Below the pieces are notes generated by a model, which was given only the letters and a program-made list of their open reading frames with translations, made no database searches and was not told the origin of the DNA. Of a stretch of DNA of 62,372 nucleotides, positions 20,783-30,040 are shown in pieces. The DNA is from Ilumatobacteraceae bacterium (GTDB lineage Bacteria; Actinomycetota; Acidimicrobiia; Acidimicrobiales; Ilumatobacteraceae): positions 1 through 62,372 of the forward strand of contig JBDTPW010000002.1 of assembly GCA_039932495.1 (NCBI GenBank), in the 5' to 3' direction. The position numbers and the translations under genes were made by a program. The first letter of the stretch is position 1; the number at the start of each line of letters is the position of its first letter.

Positions 20783-21178
20783 ATGGCCAAAGTTGCTGGT
20801 ACACGTCGTCCGCGCAAGCGCGATCGCAAGAACGTCACCAATGGTGTCGTACATATCAAGAGTTCGTTTAACAACACGATCGTTTCGATCACCGATGTCG
20901 AGGGAAACGTCATTGCCTGGGCATCCTCCGGAGGTGTTGGATTTTCCGGTTCGCGCAAGTCGACTCCGTTTGCCGCGCAGATGGCCGCCGAAAAGGCCGG
21001 TCGCGCGGCGATGGATCAGGGATTGCGTCGCGCAGAAGTGCATGTCAAGGGTCCAGGTTCGGGACGCGACACTGCACTGCGTTCGATTCAGAACCTTGGC
21101 ATCGAAGTGTCGGGAATCAAAGACGTCACTCCGGTTCCACACAACGGTTGTCGTCTGTCCAAGCGAAAGAGGCCATAG
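20783..21178 (+). CDS. rpsK: 30S ribosomal protein S11
   Basis: [28 protein letters not shown]...[11 protein letters not shown]. Confidence 0.97.
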   Translation: MAKVAGTRRPRKRDRKNVTNGVVHIKSSFNNTIVSITDVEGNVIAWASSGGVGFSGSRKSTPFAAQMAAEKAGRAAMDQGLRRAEVHVKGPGSGRDTALRSIQNLGIEVSGIKDVTPVPHNGCRLSKRKRP

Positions 21179-21180
21179 CC

Positions 21181-21798
21181 GTGGCTCGCTACACAGGACC
21201 AAAGGTACGCATCTCGCGCCGACTTGGAATCAACGTCTTTGAAAACTCAAAGGGAAGCAAGGCCCTCGAGCGACGACCATTCCCTCCTGGCACACACGGT
21301 CGCACCCGTCGTCGTGGCGCTGGCAGCGAATATCTTTTGCAGTTGCAGGAAAAGCAGAAGGCAAAGTACATCTACGGAGTCCTCGAGCGTCAGTTCCGCA
21401 AAATGTATGAAGACTCCGTCCGACTCACGGGCCCAACTGGTGAAAACCTGCTTCGGCTTCTCGAGTTGCGCCTTGACAATGTCGTTTACCGCGCGGGGTG
21501 GGCGAGCACACGGCCCCAAGCCCGTCAGTTTGTCAGTCATGGACTTGTCCTTGTAGATGGCAAGCGCGTGAATATTGCGTCCTACTCCGTCAGCCGAGGT
21601 CAGGTCATCACGTTGTCGGATAAGGCGAAGAACATGATCGTCATTCAGCACAACATCGACACGCTTGACCGTCGAATGGTTGGCTGGATAGATGCGGCCG
21701 AAGGCGGCAAGCAAATCACCGTTCGTGAGTTGCCACAGCGTGAACACATCGATGTTCCCGTCCGTGAACAACTCATTGTTGAGCTTTACTCGAAGTAA
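21181..21798 (+). CDS. rpsD: 30S ribosomal protein S4
   Basis: The GTG at 21181 gives (M)ARYTGPKVRISRRLG, the canonical S4 N-terminus. It lies 2 nt after the rpsK stop. Confidence 0.95.
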   Translation: MARYTGPKVRISRRLGINVFENSKGSKALERRPFPPGTHGRTRRRGAGSEYLLQLQEKQKAKYIYGVLERQFRKMYEDSVRLTGPTGENLLRLLELRLDNVVYRAGWASTRPQARQFVSHGLVLVDGKRVNIASYSVSRGQVITLSDKAKNMIVIQHNIDTLDRRMVGWIDAAEGGKQITVRELPQREHIDVPVREQLIVELYSK

Positions 21799-21831
21799 CC
21801 CCCGAAAAGAACTGGTAACAGGAGACCCCAC

Positions 21832-22761
21832 ATGCTCGTTATTCAACGCCCAACAGTCGATGCGATCGGTATCGAAGAGAACAATCGCCAGAAATTTTCG
21901 ATCGGTCCTCTTGAGCCGGGCCTCGGCCACACAATTGGAAACTCGCTCCGCCGAATGCTGCTTTCCTCTATTCCTGGTAGCGCAATCACCACGGTGAAAT
22001 TCGAGTCTGCACTACACGAATTCGCCACAATTGAAGGCGTTACGGAGGATGTCACCGAAATCATCCTCAACCTCAAAGACATCGTTGTTGTTTCAACATC
22101 GGACGACCCGGTTGTAGTCAGCGTCGATATCAAGGGACCGGCGGAAGTCACGGCAGGCGACATTCGTCTGCCTAGTGAAATTGAAATTCTGAACAAGTCC
22201 CAACACATCGCCACCTTGTCGGCAAAGGGTCGTCTCGTTATCGACCTGACCATCGAGCGCGGCAAGGGGTATCTGTCGTGCGATCGGGAAACCCGCAAGA
22301 TCATCGGTGTCGTACCGATCGATGCGCTATTTTCCCCTGTTCGACGCTGCACGTTTACGGTCGAACCAACTCGAGTCGAGCAGTCGACTAATTACGACAA
22401 GATCGTTCTCGATATCGAGACCGACGGATCGATCACACCGCGCGAGTCACTTGCCTCTGCCGGCGCGACATTGCGATCACTCGTTGATCTGGTTGCCACA
22501 CTGAGCGACGAGCCGATGGCTCTGGAACTTGGCGAGGTCATTGGCTCGGGTGCCGGATCGCCAGATCTCGATCTCAGCATCGAGGATCTCGACCTGTCGG
22601 AGCGTCCACGCAACTGCCTGAAGCGCGCCCAAGTGAACACGATCGGCGAGCTACTCATTCGCAGCGAAGAGGATCTGCTCAACATCACAAACTTCGGTCA
22701 GAAGAGCCTCGATGAAATCAAACAGAAACTCGACGAGCGCGGCTTGTCGTTGCGTGTCTGA
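21832..22761 (+). CDS. rpoA: DNA-directed RNA polymerase subunit alpha
   Basis: GPLEPGLGHTIGNSLRRMLLSSIPG plus the C-terminal domain LSERPRNCLKRAQVNTIGELL. Confidence 0.97.
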   Translation: MLVIQRPTVDAIGIEENNRQKFSIGPLEPGLGHTIGNSLRRMLLSSIPGSAITTVKFESALHEFATIEGVTEDVTEIILNLKDIVVVSTSDDPVVVSVDIKGPAEVTAGDIRLPSEIEILNKSQHIATLSAKGRLVIDLTIERGKGYLSCDRETRKIIGVVPIDALFSPVRRCTFTVEPTRVEQSTNYDKIVLDIETDGSITPRESLASAGATLRSLVDLVATLSDEPMALELGEVIGSGAGSPDLDLSIEDLDLSERPRNCLKRAQVNTIGELLIRSEEDLLNITNFGQKSLDEIKQKLDERGLSLRV

Positions 22762-22763
22762 TC

Positions 22764-23135
22764 ATGCCAGCAACACCACGACGTTCACGAAGTTTTGGCG
22801 GTAGCGCCCACCACCAGCGATTGATGATGGCCAATATGGCCGCGTCATTATTCGCCGCGGAGGGAATTGTCACGACCGAAGCAAAGGCAAAGGCATTGCG
22901 TCCCATTGCCGAGAAACTGATTACCAAGGCGAAGAAAGCCCAAGACACGGGGCTGATGCGGATTCACCGCATTCGTCAAATTCAGGGTTATCTCAACGAC
23001 AAGGAAATGACGAACAAGTTGGTCAATGTGGTCGCGCCAAGGTACATCGAACGCAACGGCGGTTACATTCGAATCCTCAAGATCGGTCCACGCCATGGCG
23101 ACAATGCTCCTATGGCTCGAATCGAACTGGTCTAA
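22764..23135 (+). CDS. rplQ: 50S ribosomal protein L17
   Basis: HQRLMMANMAASLF..E.I.TTEAKAKALRP.AEKLITKAK...GGY.RI.K.GPR.GD.A. Confidence 0.95.
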   Translation: MPATPRRSRSFGGSAHHQRLMMANMAASLFAAEGIVTTEAKAKALRPIAEKLITKAKKAQDTGLMRIHRIRQIQGYLNDKEMTNKLVNVVAPRYIERNGGYIRILKIGPRHGDNAPMARIELV

Positions 23136-23159
23136 GTCGACAAGCGACCTCGGCTTGAG

Positions 23160-23987
23160 ATGTCGGTGGTCAAACCGAAATTTGTAACTCGGCGAGCACG
23201 TCTCCTCATTTCCTACAAGGGTGACGACTTCCACGGTTTTGCGTTAAATCCCGGCGTACAAACGGTGGCCTCCACATTGGAAGGCGCACTTGCCCAAATC
23301 ATGCAGGTGCCGGTGAAACTCACACCGGCGGGTCGGACGGATGCAGGAGTTCACGCGTTTGGGCAAGTGGTAAGCGCAGACCTTCCTGATCGCACCAACT
23401 TGGAAGTATTGGTAAAACAATTGAATTCAATGTGCGGGCCTTCTGTGGTAGTTCGGGATGCAACCTGGGCTGCCGAAGACTTTCATGCCAGATATTCCGC
23501 ACTGTGGCGGGAGTATCGGTACAGCGTATTGAATTCACCGGTGCCGAACCCATTTTTGGCGACAACTTCATGGCACATCACATCACCGTTGAAGATACGT
23601 TCGATGCAACTTGCCTGTGATGCGATTATGGGGGAGAACGATTTTTCGGCATTCTGTCGCCGCCCCAAGTCCGACGATGATCACAACTTTGAGCATTCAA
23701 TGCGACGAATCGTGATCAGCGCCCAGTGGAGAGAATTGGATGACGAGATTTTGCGCTTCGATATCCGCGGCAACGCGTTCTGTCACCAAATGGTGCGGTC
23801 TCTTGTCGGAGTATTCATTGAGATCGGGCTGGGAAAGCGACCCCCAAGCGACATGCGTGGATTAGTTGTCGCCGGTGAACGATCGCAGGCGGCTCCCGTC
23901 GCCCCACCACATGGTTTGTGCCTGTGGAAGGTGGGATACGAAGTGGCCGTTGATGTGGGAATGGCTCAAACACAGCCGTATCCTTAA
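23160..23987 (+). CDS. truA: tRNA pseudouridine(38-40) synthase
   Basis: YKGDDFHGFA.NPG..TV...LE.AL......LT.AGRTDAGVHAFGQV, with the catalytic Asp context. Confidence 0.92.
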   Translation: MSVVKPKFVTRRARLLISYKGDDFHGFALNPGVQTVASTLEGALAQIMQVPVKLTPAGRTDAGVHAFGQVVSADLPDRTNLEVLVKQLNSMCGPSVVVRDATWAAEDFHARYSALWREYRYSVLNSPVPNPFLATTSWHITSPLKIRSMQLACDAIMGENDFSAFCRRPKSDDDHNFEHSMRRIVISAQWRELDDEILRFDIRGNAFCHQMVRSLVGVFIEIGLGKRPPSDMRGLVVAGERSQAAPVAPPHGLCLWKVGYEVAVDVGMAQTQPYP

Positions 23988-23993
23988 AAAGCC

Positions 23994-24440
23994 ATGCGTA
24001 CATACTCACCAAAAGCCAGCGAAATTGAGCGCCAATGGCATCTCGTCGATGCGGATGGCTTGGTGCTTGGTCGTATGTGCACAGAGGTCGCCAATATTTT
24101 GCGCGGCAAGCACAAGCCAACGTTCATGCCCAACATTGATTCAGGCGATCACGTGGTAGTCATTAATGCCTCAAAGATTGTGCTCACTCGGCAAAAGGCG
24201 GATCAGGAACTCGTTTACGACTACAGCGGATACCCGGGCGGCTTGCGCAGCGAAACCTACGGCCGATTGCTACGTCGCAAACCGGAGGATGCGATTCGTC
24301 GATCGATTCGTGGAATGTTGCCAAAAGGTCCACTCGGTCGTCAGATGATCAAGAAACTCAAAGTGCACTCTGGCCCAGAGCATGGTCATGAAGCGCAAAA
24401 TCCGATTGTTCTCAATTTGCCAGACGCGAAATCGCGCTGA
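23994..24440 (+). CDS. rplM: 50S ribosomal protein L13
   Basis: W.LVDA.G.VLGR....VA..LRGKHKP.F.P..D.GD.VVVINA. Confidence 0.97.
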   Translation: MRTYSPKASEIERQWHLVDADGLVLGRMCTEVANILRGKHKPTFMPNIDSGDHVVVINASKIVLTRQKADQELVYDYSGYPGGLRSETYGRLLRRKPEDAIRRSIRGMLPKGPLGRQMIKKLKVHSGPEHGHEAQNPIVLNLPDAKSR

Positions 24441-24483
24441 GCCCAAAAATATTTATCTAATTTTCAAACCTTAAGGAGTCATC

Positions 24484-24879
24484 GTGGGTACTAAGCCGCT
24501 AACTCAGACAACAGGACGACGCAAAGAAGCCGTCGCCCGCGCTCGTCTTCGTCCGGGTACCGGCAAGGTCACGGTAAACGGTCGAGAATTTGCCGAATAC
24601 TTTCCAAGTGAAGTGCAACGCATGTTGGCCAGCGAGGCACTCCATCTCGCGGGTGTCGAAACCGCATACGACGTCGACTGCGATATTCAGGGCGGTGGAA
24701 TTGCCGGTCAGGCGGGAGCGTTACGCATGGCAATTGCTCGCTCGCTGCTCGAACTTGATCCAGACAGGCGTGCCGCATTACGCAAGGCCGGTTTGCTCAC
24801 TCGCGATTCGCGCAAGAAGGAAAGTAAGAAGTACGGCCTGAAGAAGGCCCGCAAGGCACCGCAGTACACCAAGCGTTAA
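24484..24879 (+). CDS. rpsI: 30S ribosomal protein S9
   Basis: GTG start. TGRRKEAVARARLRPGTGK..VNGR...GGG..GQAGA.R..IARSL...KKARKAPQYTKR. Confidence 0.97.
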   Translation: MGTKPLTQTTGRRKEAVARARLRPGTGKVTVNGREFAEYFPSEVQRMLASEALHLAGVETAYDVDCDIQGGGIAGQAGALRMAIARSLLELDPDRRAALRKAGLLTRDSRKKESKKYGLKKARKAPQYTKR

Positions 24880-24900
24880 TTCCCGAAGATCGTTTTTACG

Positions 24901-26229
24901 ATGCTTCAATTTGGAACTGATGGTGTTCGGGGTAGAGCATTTAGCGAACTAACCGAAACCGATGTATTTGCACTCGGTTTTGCTACAACCAAAGTTCTTT
25001 CTCTGAGCGATGTCGTCATTGGCCGCGACACCCGCGAATCTGGCCAACGGTTGGAATCTGCATTTACTTCTGGCTGCCATCTCGCAGGGGCAACGGTTCA
25101 CTCAATTGGTGTCGCCCCGACGCCGGCAATTGCCGCTGTGGCGGCCGAGCGCGGTTGGGCCGGTGTTGCCGTCACCGCTTCGCACAACGAGTATCAAGAC
25201 AACGGCATCAAGATCTTTGCTCTCGGTGGTTTGAAATTAACTAGGCCCCAAGAACTTGCAATCGAATCGCAACTCGCTGTGGATCACTCACTTGCGTCTC
25301 CTCAGTCGGGCAATTTTGAGCGATTTTCGTCGCCCGAAACTTCGGAGTTGCTAGCCACCTACGCCAAGCACATCGTCGATCTGGTTCCACATCTTGCATT
25401 TAAGGGTATGCACATTGTGTTGGACTGCGCCAACGGTGCAATGTCCGATGTGGCCGGCGACGTTTTTGGCACGTGCGGGGCAACGGTCACCGTCATCAAC
25501 GATGAGCCGGACGGTCGCAATATCAATGCCAATTGTGGGGCCACGTTCCCCGACGTCGTGCGTGACGCCGTTCGCCTCCATCTTGGAGATTTTGGTCTCG
25601 CGTTTGACGGCGACGGCGATCGGGTCATCGCCGTCGATCATGCCGGCAACATTGTCGATGGAGATCATCTGATTGCACTCGCCGCTAACGATCTTCGTTC
25701 GACTGATCAACTCGTCCACAACACGGTCGTCGTCACGGAAATGACAAACATCGGTTTCCATCGGGCGATGGCCGATGGAAACATACGAGTGGTGACGACG
25801 CCGGTTGGAGATAGGAACGTCTTAGCCGAGTTGGATGCACATGGCTACGTGTTAGGTGGAGAGCAAAGCGGACACATCATCTATCGCTCCCACGCCACAA
25901 CAGGAGACGGTTTGCTCGCCGGAGTTTTACTTGCCGACATGATTCGCCGCGCTGGCAAACCACTTCAGCAACTTGCGACGACGGCAATGACCAGCTTCCC
26001 CCAGGTATTACTCAATGTGAAAGTTGCACGCAAAGGAATAGATGTAGGTGCTGCGCTCGCCAACGAGATTGGCGAAGCCAAAGTTGAGCTCGGTAGCGGT
26101 GGGAGAGTTTTGATTCGATCAAGCGGAACAGAATCGGTCGTCAGAGTAATGGTCGAAGCAGAATCGGCGGAACGTGCGCGTGAAATAGCCGATCGTCTGG
26201 CAAAAATTGTGGCCCAACGCCTTGGTTAA
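24901..26229 (+). CDS. glmM: Phosphoglucosamine mutase
   Basis: FGTDGVRG, a phosphoserine loop TASHNEYQDNGIK, FDGDGDR and GGEQSGH. It occupies the conserved post-rpsI position seen in Actinobacteria. Confidence 0.93.
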   Translation: MLQFGTDGVRGRAFSELTETDVFALGFATTKVLSLSDVVIGRDTRESGQRLESAFTSGCHLAGATVHSIGVAPTPAIAAVAAERGWAGVAVTASHNEYQDNGIKIFALGGLKLTRPQELAIESQLAVDHSLASPQSGNFERFSSPETSELLATYAKHIVDLVPHLAFKGMHIVLDCANGAMSDVAGDVFGTCGATVTVINDEPDGRNINANCGATFPDVVRDAVRLHLGDFGLAFDGDGDRVIAVDHAGNIVDGDHLIALAANDLRSTDQLVHNTVVVTEMTNIGFHRAMADGNIRVVTTPVGDRNVLAELDAHGYVLGGEQSGHIIYRSHATTGDGLLAGVLLADMIRRAGKPLQQLATTAMTSFPQVLLNVKVARKGIDVGAALANEIGEAKVELGSGGRVLIRSSGTESVVRVMVEAESAERAREIADRLAKIVAQRLG

Positions 26230-26252
26230 CGAGGATCGGTAGCCTAGACATC

Positions 26253-29200
26253 ATGTGCGGGATCGTTTGTGTAGTCACTCGTCCAACCAAACGTTCGGTG
26301 CCAAAGTCGGCGGATTTAATAGCCCAGCTTGATGCCTCGGTTGCGGCTGCAATCGCCGGCGATATTCACAAGTCGGCCGAGTTGGTTCAAAACGTCGACA
26401 CCGCCCTCCGAGGAGATGCCGGCCAAATTGCACTTGCTTACAATCTTGAATTGGCGGCCGGAATCATTGCCAGGGTCGATCAACTCGAGTCAATCGCCGC
26501 CGCAGCTGAGAATTCGCTGGAAGCGCTGGTCGGTACGACTGCGGCACAATTCGAGCGCAGCAGCAACGAAATCATTGCATTGCGCGATGCCGCGTGGTCG
26601 CTACGAAACGATCGCCTACGCACCGCCAGGGCTGTCGATGCGCTCGCCGGGAAAGACGCCATCTCGAGTGCCCGTTGCGCGTACTACGCGATCCAGCAGA
26701 CATTTTCGGCGATCGATCGGATGGAGGTCCGTGGCCGCGACTCGGCAGGCGTGCATCTCATGGTCTGGGGTCACGGGATGTCGCCAACTGACAGTCGCAT
26801 TGCGCCTCTACTTATAGATCGACTGGATGACGAATTATTTGGTTCCGGATCCGTGCGAGTCGGGCACAGCGACACCCGAGCATGGTCATTTGTGTACAAG
26901 GCGGCGGCCGAAATCGGCGAACTCGGCGACAACACGCGGGTCATGCGCAGTGAAGTCGTGGACGATGAATTGTTGCGCATGCTTCTCAGTCAGCCAGGGA
27001 GTCGGGTCGCAGTCCTCGGCCACACGCGATGGGCAAGTGTTGGCATCATTTCCGAACCGAACGCCCATCCCGTTAACAGCGACGAACTGAAGGCACTTGG
27101 CGATTCGCCATACGTCGTAGCCGCGTTGAACGGCGACGTCGACAACCACGCCGATATCAGGGTCGGCAACGATTTAAAATTTGCTGAACCGATAACGACA
27201 GATGCAAAAGTTATTCCCGCGATGATTTCGCGAAATTTCGCCGCATCTGGAGATCTCACCGAAGCATTCAGAGCAACCGTCACGACATTTGAAGGATCTG
27301 TCGCCATTGCCGCGGCGTGTGCCGAACAACCAAACAGCATCTTGCTCGCATTGCGCGGAAGCGGTCAGGGACTCTACGTCGGTCTTGCAGAAGATCGATT
27401 CATTGTCGCCAGCGAGCCATATGGCGTAGTGGAAGAGACGATGGACTATATCCGCATGGATGGGGAGACTCCGACAGACGAAGGTGTCCCAGCGAGTCGG
27501 GGACAAATCGTGACCCTCGATGGAGACCTTGCAGGTGAACTCGCTGGCGTTCGGCTGATGACATATGGCGGCAAAGGAATTGCATTGGGCGAAACCGATG
27601 TCATTCGTGCAGAAGTCACAACCCGGGACATCGACCGTGGCCCACATAAACACTTCTTCCTGAAAGAAATGAATGAGGCTCCACAAAGCTTTCGCAAAAC
27701 ATTACGGGGCAAGATCGTAGAACTCGACGGCGTGTTACGCGCATCACTCGATACGTCGGTCATTCCCCAAGATGTGATGGACAAACTGGTTAAGCGAAGC
27801 TTTGGTCGAATTCGAATCATCGGCCAAGGCACGGCCGCCATCGCAGGGCAGAGTCTCGCCCAAATTCTGCGCACGCTCACCGATCGCAACGTTCTGGTCG
27901 ATGCCTTGCCGGCTACCGAATTGTCCGGTTTTCAACTCGGCCTCGACATGTCAGACACATTGATTGTCGCCATTTCCCAAAGCGGAACTACGACAGACAC
28001 CAATCGAACCGTCGATCTTGCCCGCGCCAGGGGAGCCTCGGTCATCGCCATTGTCAATCGGAGAGGAAGCGAACTCGCCGCCAAGGCCGACGGCGTGCTG
28101 TATACATCGGACGGTCGCGACGTGGAGATGAGTGTGGCCAGCACGAAGGCCTTTTACTCGCAGGTCGCGGCCGGTGCAATTCTGGCCTGCGCATTTTCCG
28201 CGGCGATGGGTAGCGGAAGCGACGAAGAGCGTCATAGTTTGCTCACCGCCTTGCGCACGATCCCCGAAGCATTGAGCAAAGTGCTCGCCCTGCGACCACA
28301 GATCGCCGATGCTGCGCACCAATTTGCTCCGGCTCGCCGCTACTGGACGGTTGTTGGCAACGGATTCAATGCGGTTGCCGCAGAGGAAGTACGAATCAAA
28401 CTTTCCGAACTGTGTTACAAGTCGATTTCATGCGACATAACGGAAGACAAAAAACATATTGACCTGTCCTGTGAACCTTTGATCATCGTCTGCGCCACGG
28501 GACTTATGGAAGGTAACGCCACCGATGTGGCGAAGGAAATCGCAATTTATCGTGCCCACAAGGCGCTGCCGATTGTCATTGCCACGGAAGGCGAACAGCG
28601 CTTCGATGCAGCCGCCGCCGTTATCGCCGTACCTCAAGTAGATCCCCGAATGGCCTTCATCCTGAGCGTCATGGTTGGGCATATTTTCGGATACGAATCT
28701 GCGCTGGCCATCGATTCACTTGCCAGGCCGTTGCGCGAGGCCCGCGAGGTGATCGAACACGCCGTCGAATTAGGCGGGGTGGGAAGTCGCCTACTGCTAA
28801 AGGTTCGCGCCGATATCGGTCTGCCGGCCGGGCGATTCTTCGATGCCTTAACCACCGGAAATTATGACGGCAATCTCGAGGCCTCAACTGCGGTCAAGGT
28901 TGTGACAATGCTCCGAGATGTCATGTCCGGTGATCCGTTACAGGCTTATCAGCACGACTCCGGCAAGGTTGGAACACCAGAGGCACTCCTCGATGACGTC
29001 ACATCCGCGTTGACCCGATCAATCGACGAACTCACCAGACCGGTCGACGCGATCAAGCACCAGGCCAAGACGGTGACCGTTGGAATTTCGCGAAGCGACG
29101 AAGGCTTGCTCGATCGCGCGCTCGTCCAATACGTGCTCAAGTCAGGTGTTTCAAGGGATCGCCTGTCGTATCGAACACTGAAGGTAATCGCAGACCTCGA

Positions 29201-29666
29201 TGCCGCGGTTTCGTCGGTTGTCGGATTCACCCGATATCGCATCGAAGGCGACGCCAAGGCTCGCACCGCATCGGTAAGCATCGTTGATCGCGGGGGAATC
29301 TCGCGCCAACTCGAATCCAGAGTCGATCGCAATAGTTCGCTCGTGGGAACCAAAAATCGTGTGGCAAGCGAGCAAGAGGTATTGGTGGCGCGTGGTCGCC
29401 GCGACGCGCGAACCGTTATTTTCGTGCCAGAAGTCAAGGGTTCTGTGACGACGGGGATCACCTTGTTGCACGTGCTCTTTCATGATCGCCTGCCGGCCGC
29501 GACGATGCGCAATGTGTTGCAGGGATATGACGATCGTTACACGCGACTTGTTGACTGGGTGACTGAAACCGAGGGCTCGTTCCGCGAGGATCGCCTGGCC
29601 GAGGTGTCCGTCGCTGACTTGCTGATCCTGCCGATCAGCGATATGGCCGATCACTGGCGCGCATAG
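26253..29666 (+). CDS. GlmS-like class-II glutamine amidotransferase with tandem SIS domains, greatly expanded (1137 aa)
   Basis: The N-terminus is MCGIV (Ntn Cys). GATase motifs are RGRDSAGV, GHTRWAS..SEPNAHP, LNGDVDNH and TDAKVI. The linker is KHFFLKEMNEAPQS. SIS motifs are VAISQSGTTTDT and MSVASTKAFYSQ, followed by a second SIS-like block and an internal KTVTVG. Canonical GlmS is roughly 600-620 aa. Confidence 0.75.
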   Translation: MCGIVCVVTRPTKRSVPKSADLIAQLDASVAAAIAGDIHKSAELVQNVDTALRGDAGQIALAYNLELAAGIIARVDQLESIAAAAENSLEALVGTTAAQFERSSNEIIALRDAAWSLRNDRLRTARAVDALAGKDAISSARCAYYAIQQTFSAIDRMEVRGRDSAGVHLMVWGHGMSPTDSRIAPLLIDRLDDELFGSGSVRVGHSDTRAWSFVYKAAAEIGELGDNTRVMRSEVVDDELLRMLLSQPGSRVAVLGHTRWASVGIISEPNAHPVNSDELKALGDSPYVVAALNGDVDNHADIRVGNDLKFAEPITTDAKVIPAMISRNFAASGDLTEAFRATVTTFEGSVAIAAACAEQPNSILLALRGSGQGLYVGLAEDRFIVASEPYGVVEETMDYIRMDGETPTDEGVPASRGQIVTLDGDLAGELAGVRLMTYGGKGIALGETDVIRAEVTTRDIDRGPHKHFFLKEMNEAPQSFRKTLRGKIVELDGVLRASLDTSVIPQDVMDKLVKRSFGRIRIIGQGTAAIAGQSLAQILRTLTDRNVLVDALPATELSGFQLGLDMSDTLIVAISQSGTTTDTNRTVDLARARGASVIAIVNRRGSELAAKADGVLYTSDGRDVEMSVASTKAFYSQVAAGAILACAFSAAMGSGSDEERHSLLTALRTIPEALSKVLALRPQIADAAHQFAPARRYWTVVGNGFNAVAAEEVRIKLSELCYKSISCDITEDKKHIDLSCEPLIIVCATGLMEGNATDVAKEIAIYRAHKALPIVIATEGEQRFDAAAAVIAVPQVDPRMAFILSVMVGHIFGYESALAIDSLARPLREAREVIEHAVELGGVGSRLLLKVRADIGLPAGRFFDALTTGNYDGNLEASTAVKVVTMLRDVMSGDPLQAYQHDSGKVGTPEALLDDVTSALTRSIDELTRPVDAIKHQAKTVTVGISRSDEGLLDRALVQYVLKSGVSRDRLSYRTLKVIADLDAAVSSVVGFTRYRIEGDAKARTASVSIVDRGGISRQLESRVDRNSSLVGTKNRVASEQEVLVARGRRDARTVIFVPEVKGSVTTGITLLHVLFHDRLPAATMRNVLQGYDDRYTRLVDWVTETEGSFREDRLAEVSVADLLILPISDMADHWRA

Positions 29667-29674
29667 GTTCCTTT

Positions 29675-30040
29675 ATGTTGGGTCTTGGAATCGACGTTGT
29701 CGATGTTGATCGCTTCCGCAAGGTTCTCGAGCGCACACCCGCAATTCGAACGAGAGTGTTTACCTCAAGCGAAATTAGCGAACTGAGTTCGAAAATGGAT
29801 CAGGCCGCGAGCCTTGCGGCCCGATTCGCTGCGCGCGAAGCAACGATGAAGGTTCTCGGCGTCGGAATCGGCGCGATCGATCTACACGACGTGTCAATCG
29901 AGCGCCAAGATTCGGGCGAGCCGGTTTTGCTCGTCACCGGTCGCGCACATGAACTGGCAAGGGCAAAGGGAATCGCCAACTGGTTTGTTTCGCTTTCCCA
30001 CACGGGGCATGTTGCCGTCGCCGTTGTCGCCGCGGCATGA
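29675..30040 (+). CDS. acpS: Holo-[acyl-carrier-protein] synthase
   Basis: MLGLGIDVVDVDRF...FAAREATMKVLG...SLSHTGH.AVA.V. Confidence 0.92.
   Translation: MLGLGIDVVDVDRFRKVLERTPAIRTRVFTSSEISELSSKMDQAASLAARFAAREATMKVLGVGIGAIDLHDVSIERQDSGEPVLLVTGRAHELARAKGIANWFVSLSHTGHVAVAVVAAA

Noticed and set aside
20793-21242. A 149-aa same-strand, alternative-frame ORF across rpsK and the start of rpsD. Similar shifted-frame ORFs occur at 10588..10878, 5591..5911 and 26329..26817.
   Set aside because: They overlap strongly supported genes in another frame, have no motif content, and have an Arg/Ser-rich composition typical of off-frame translation.
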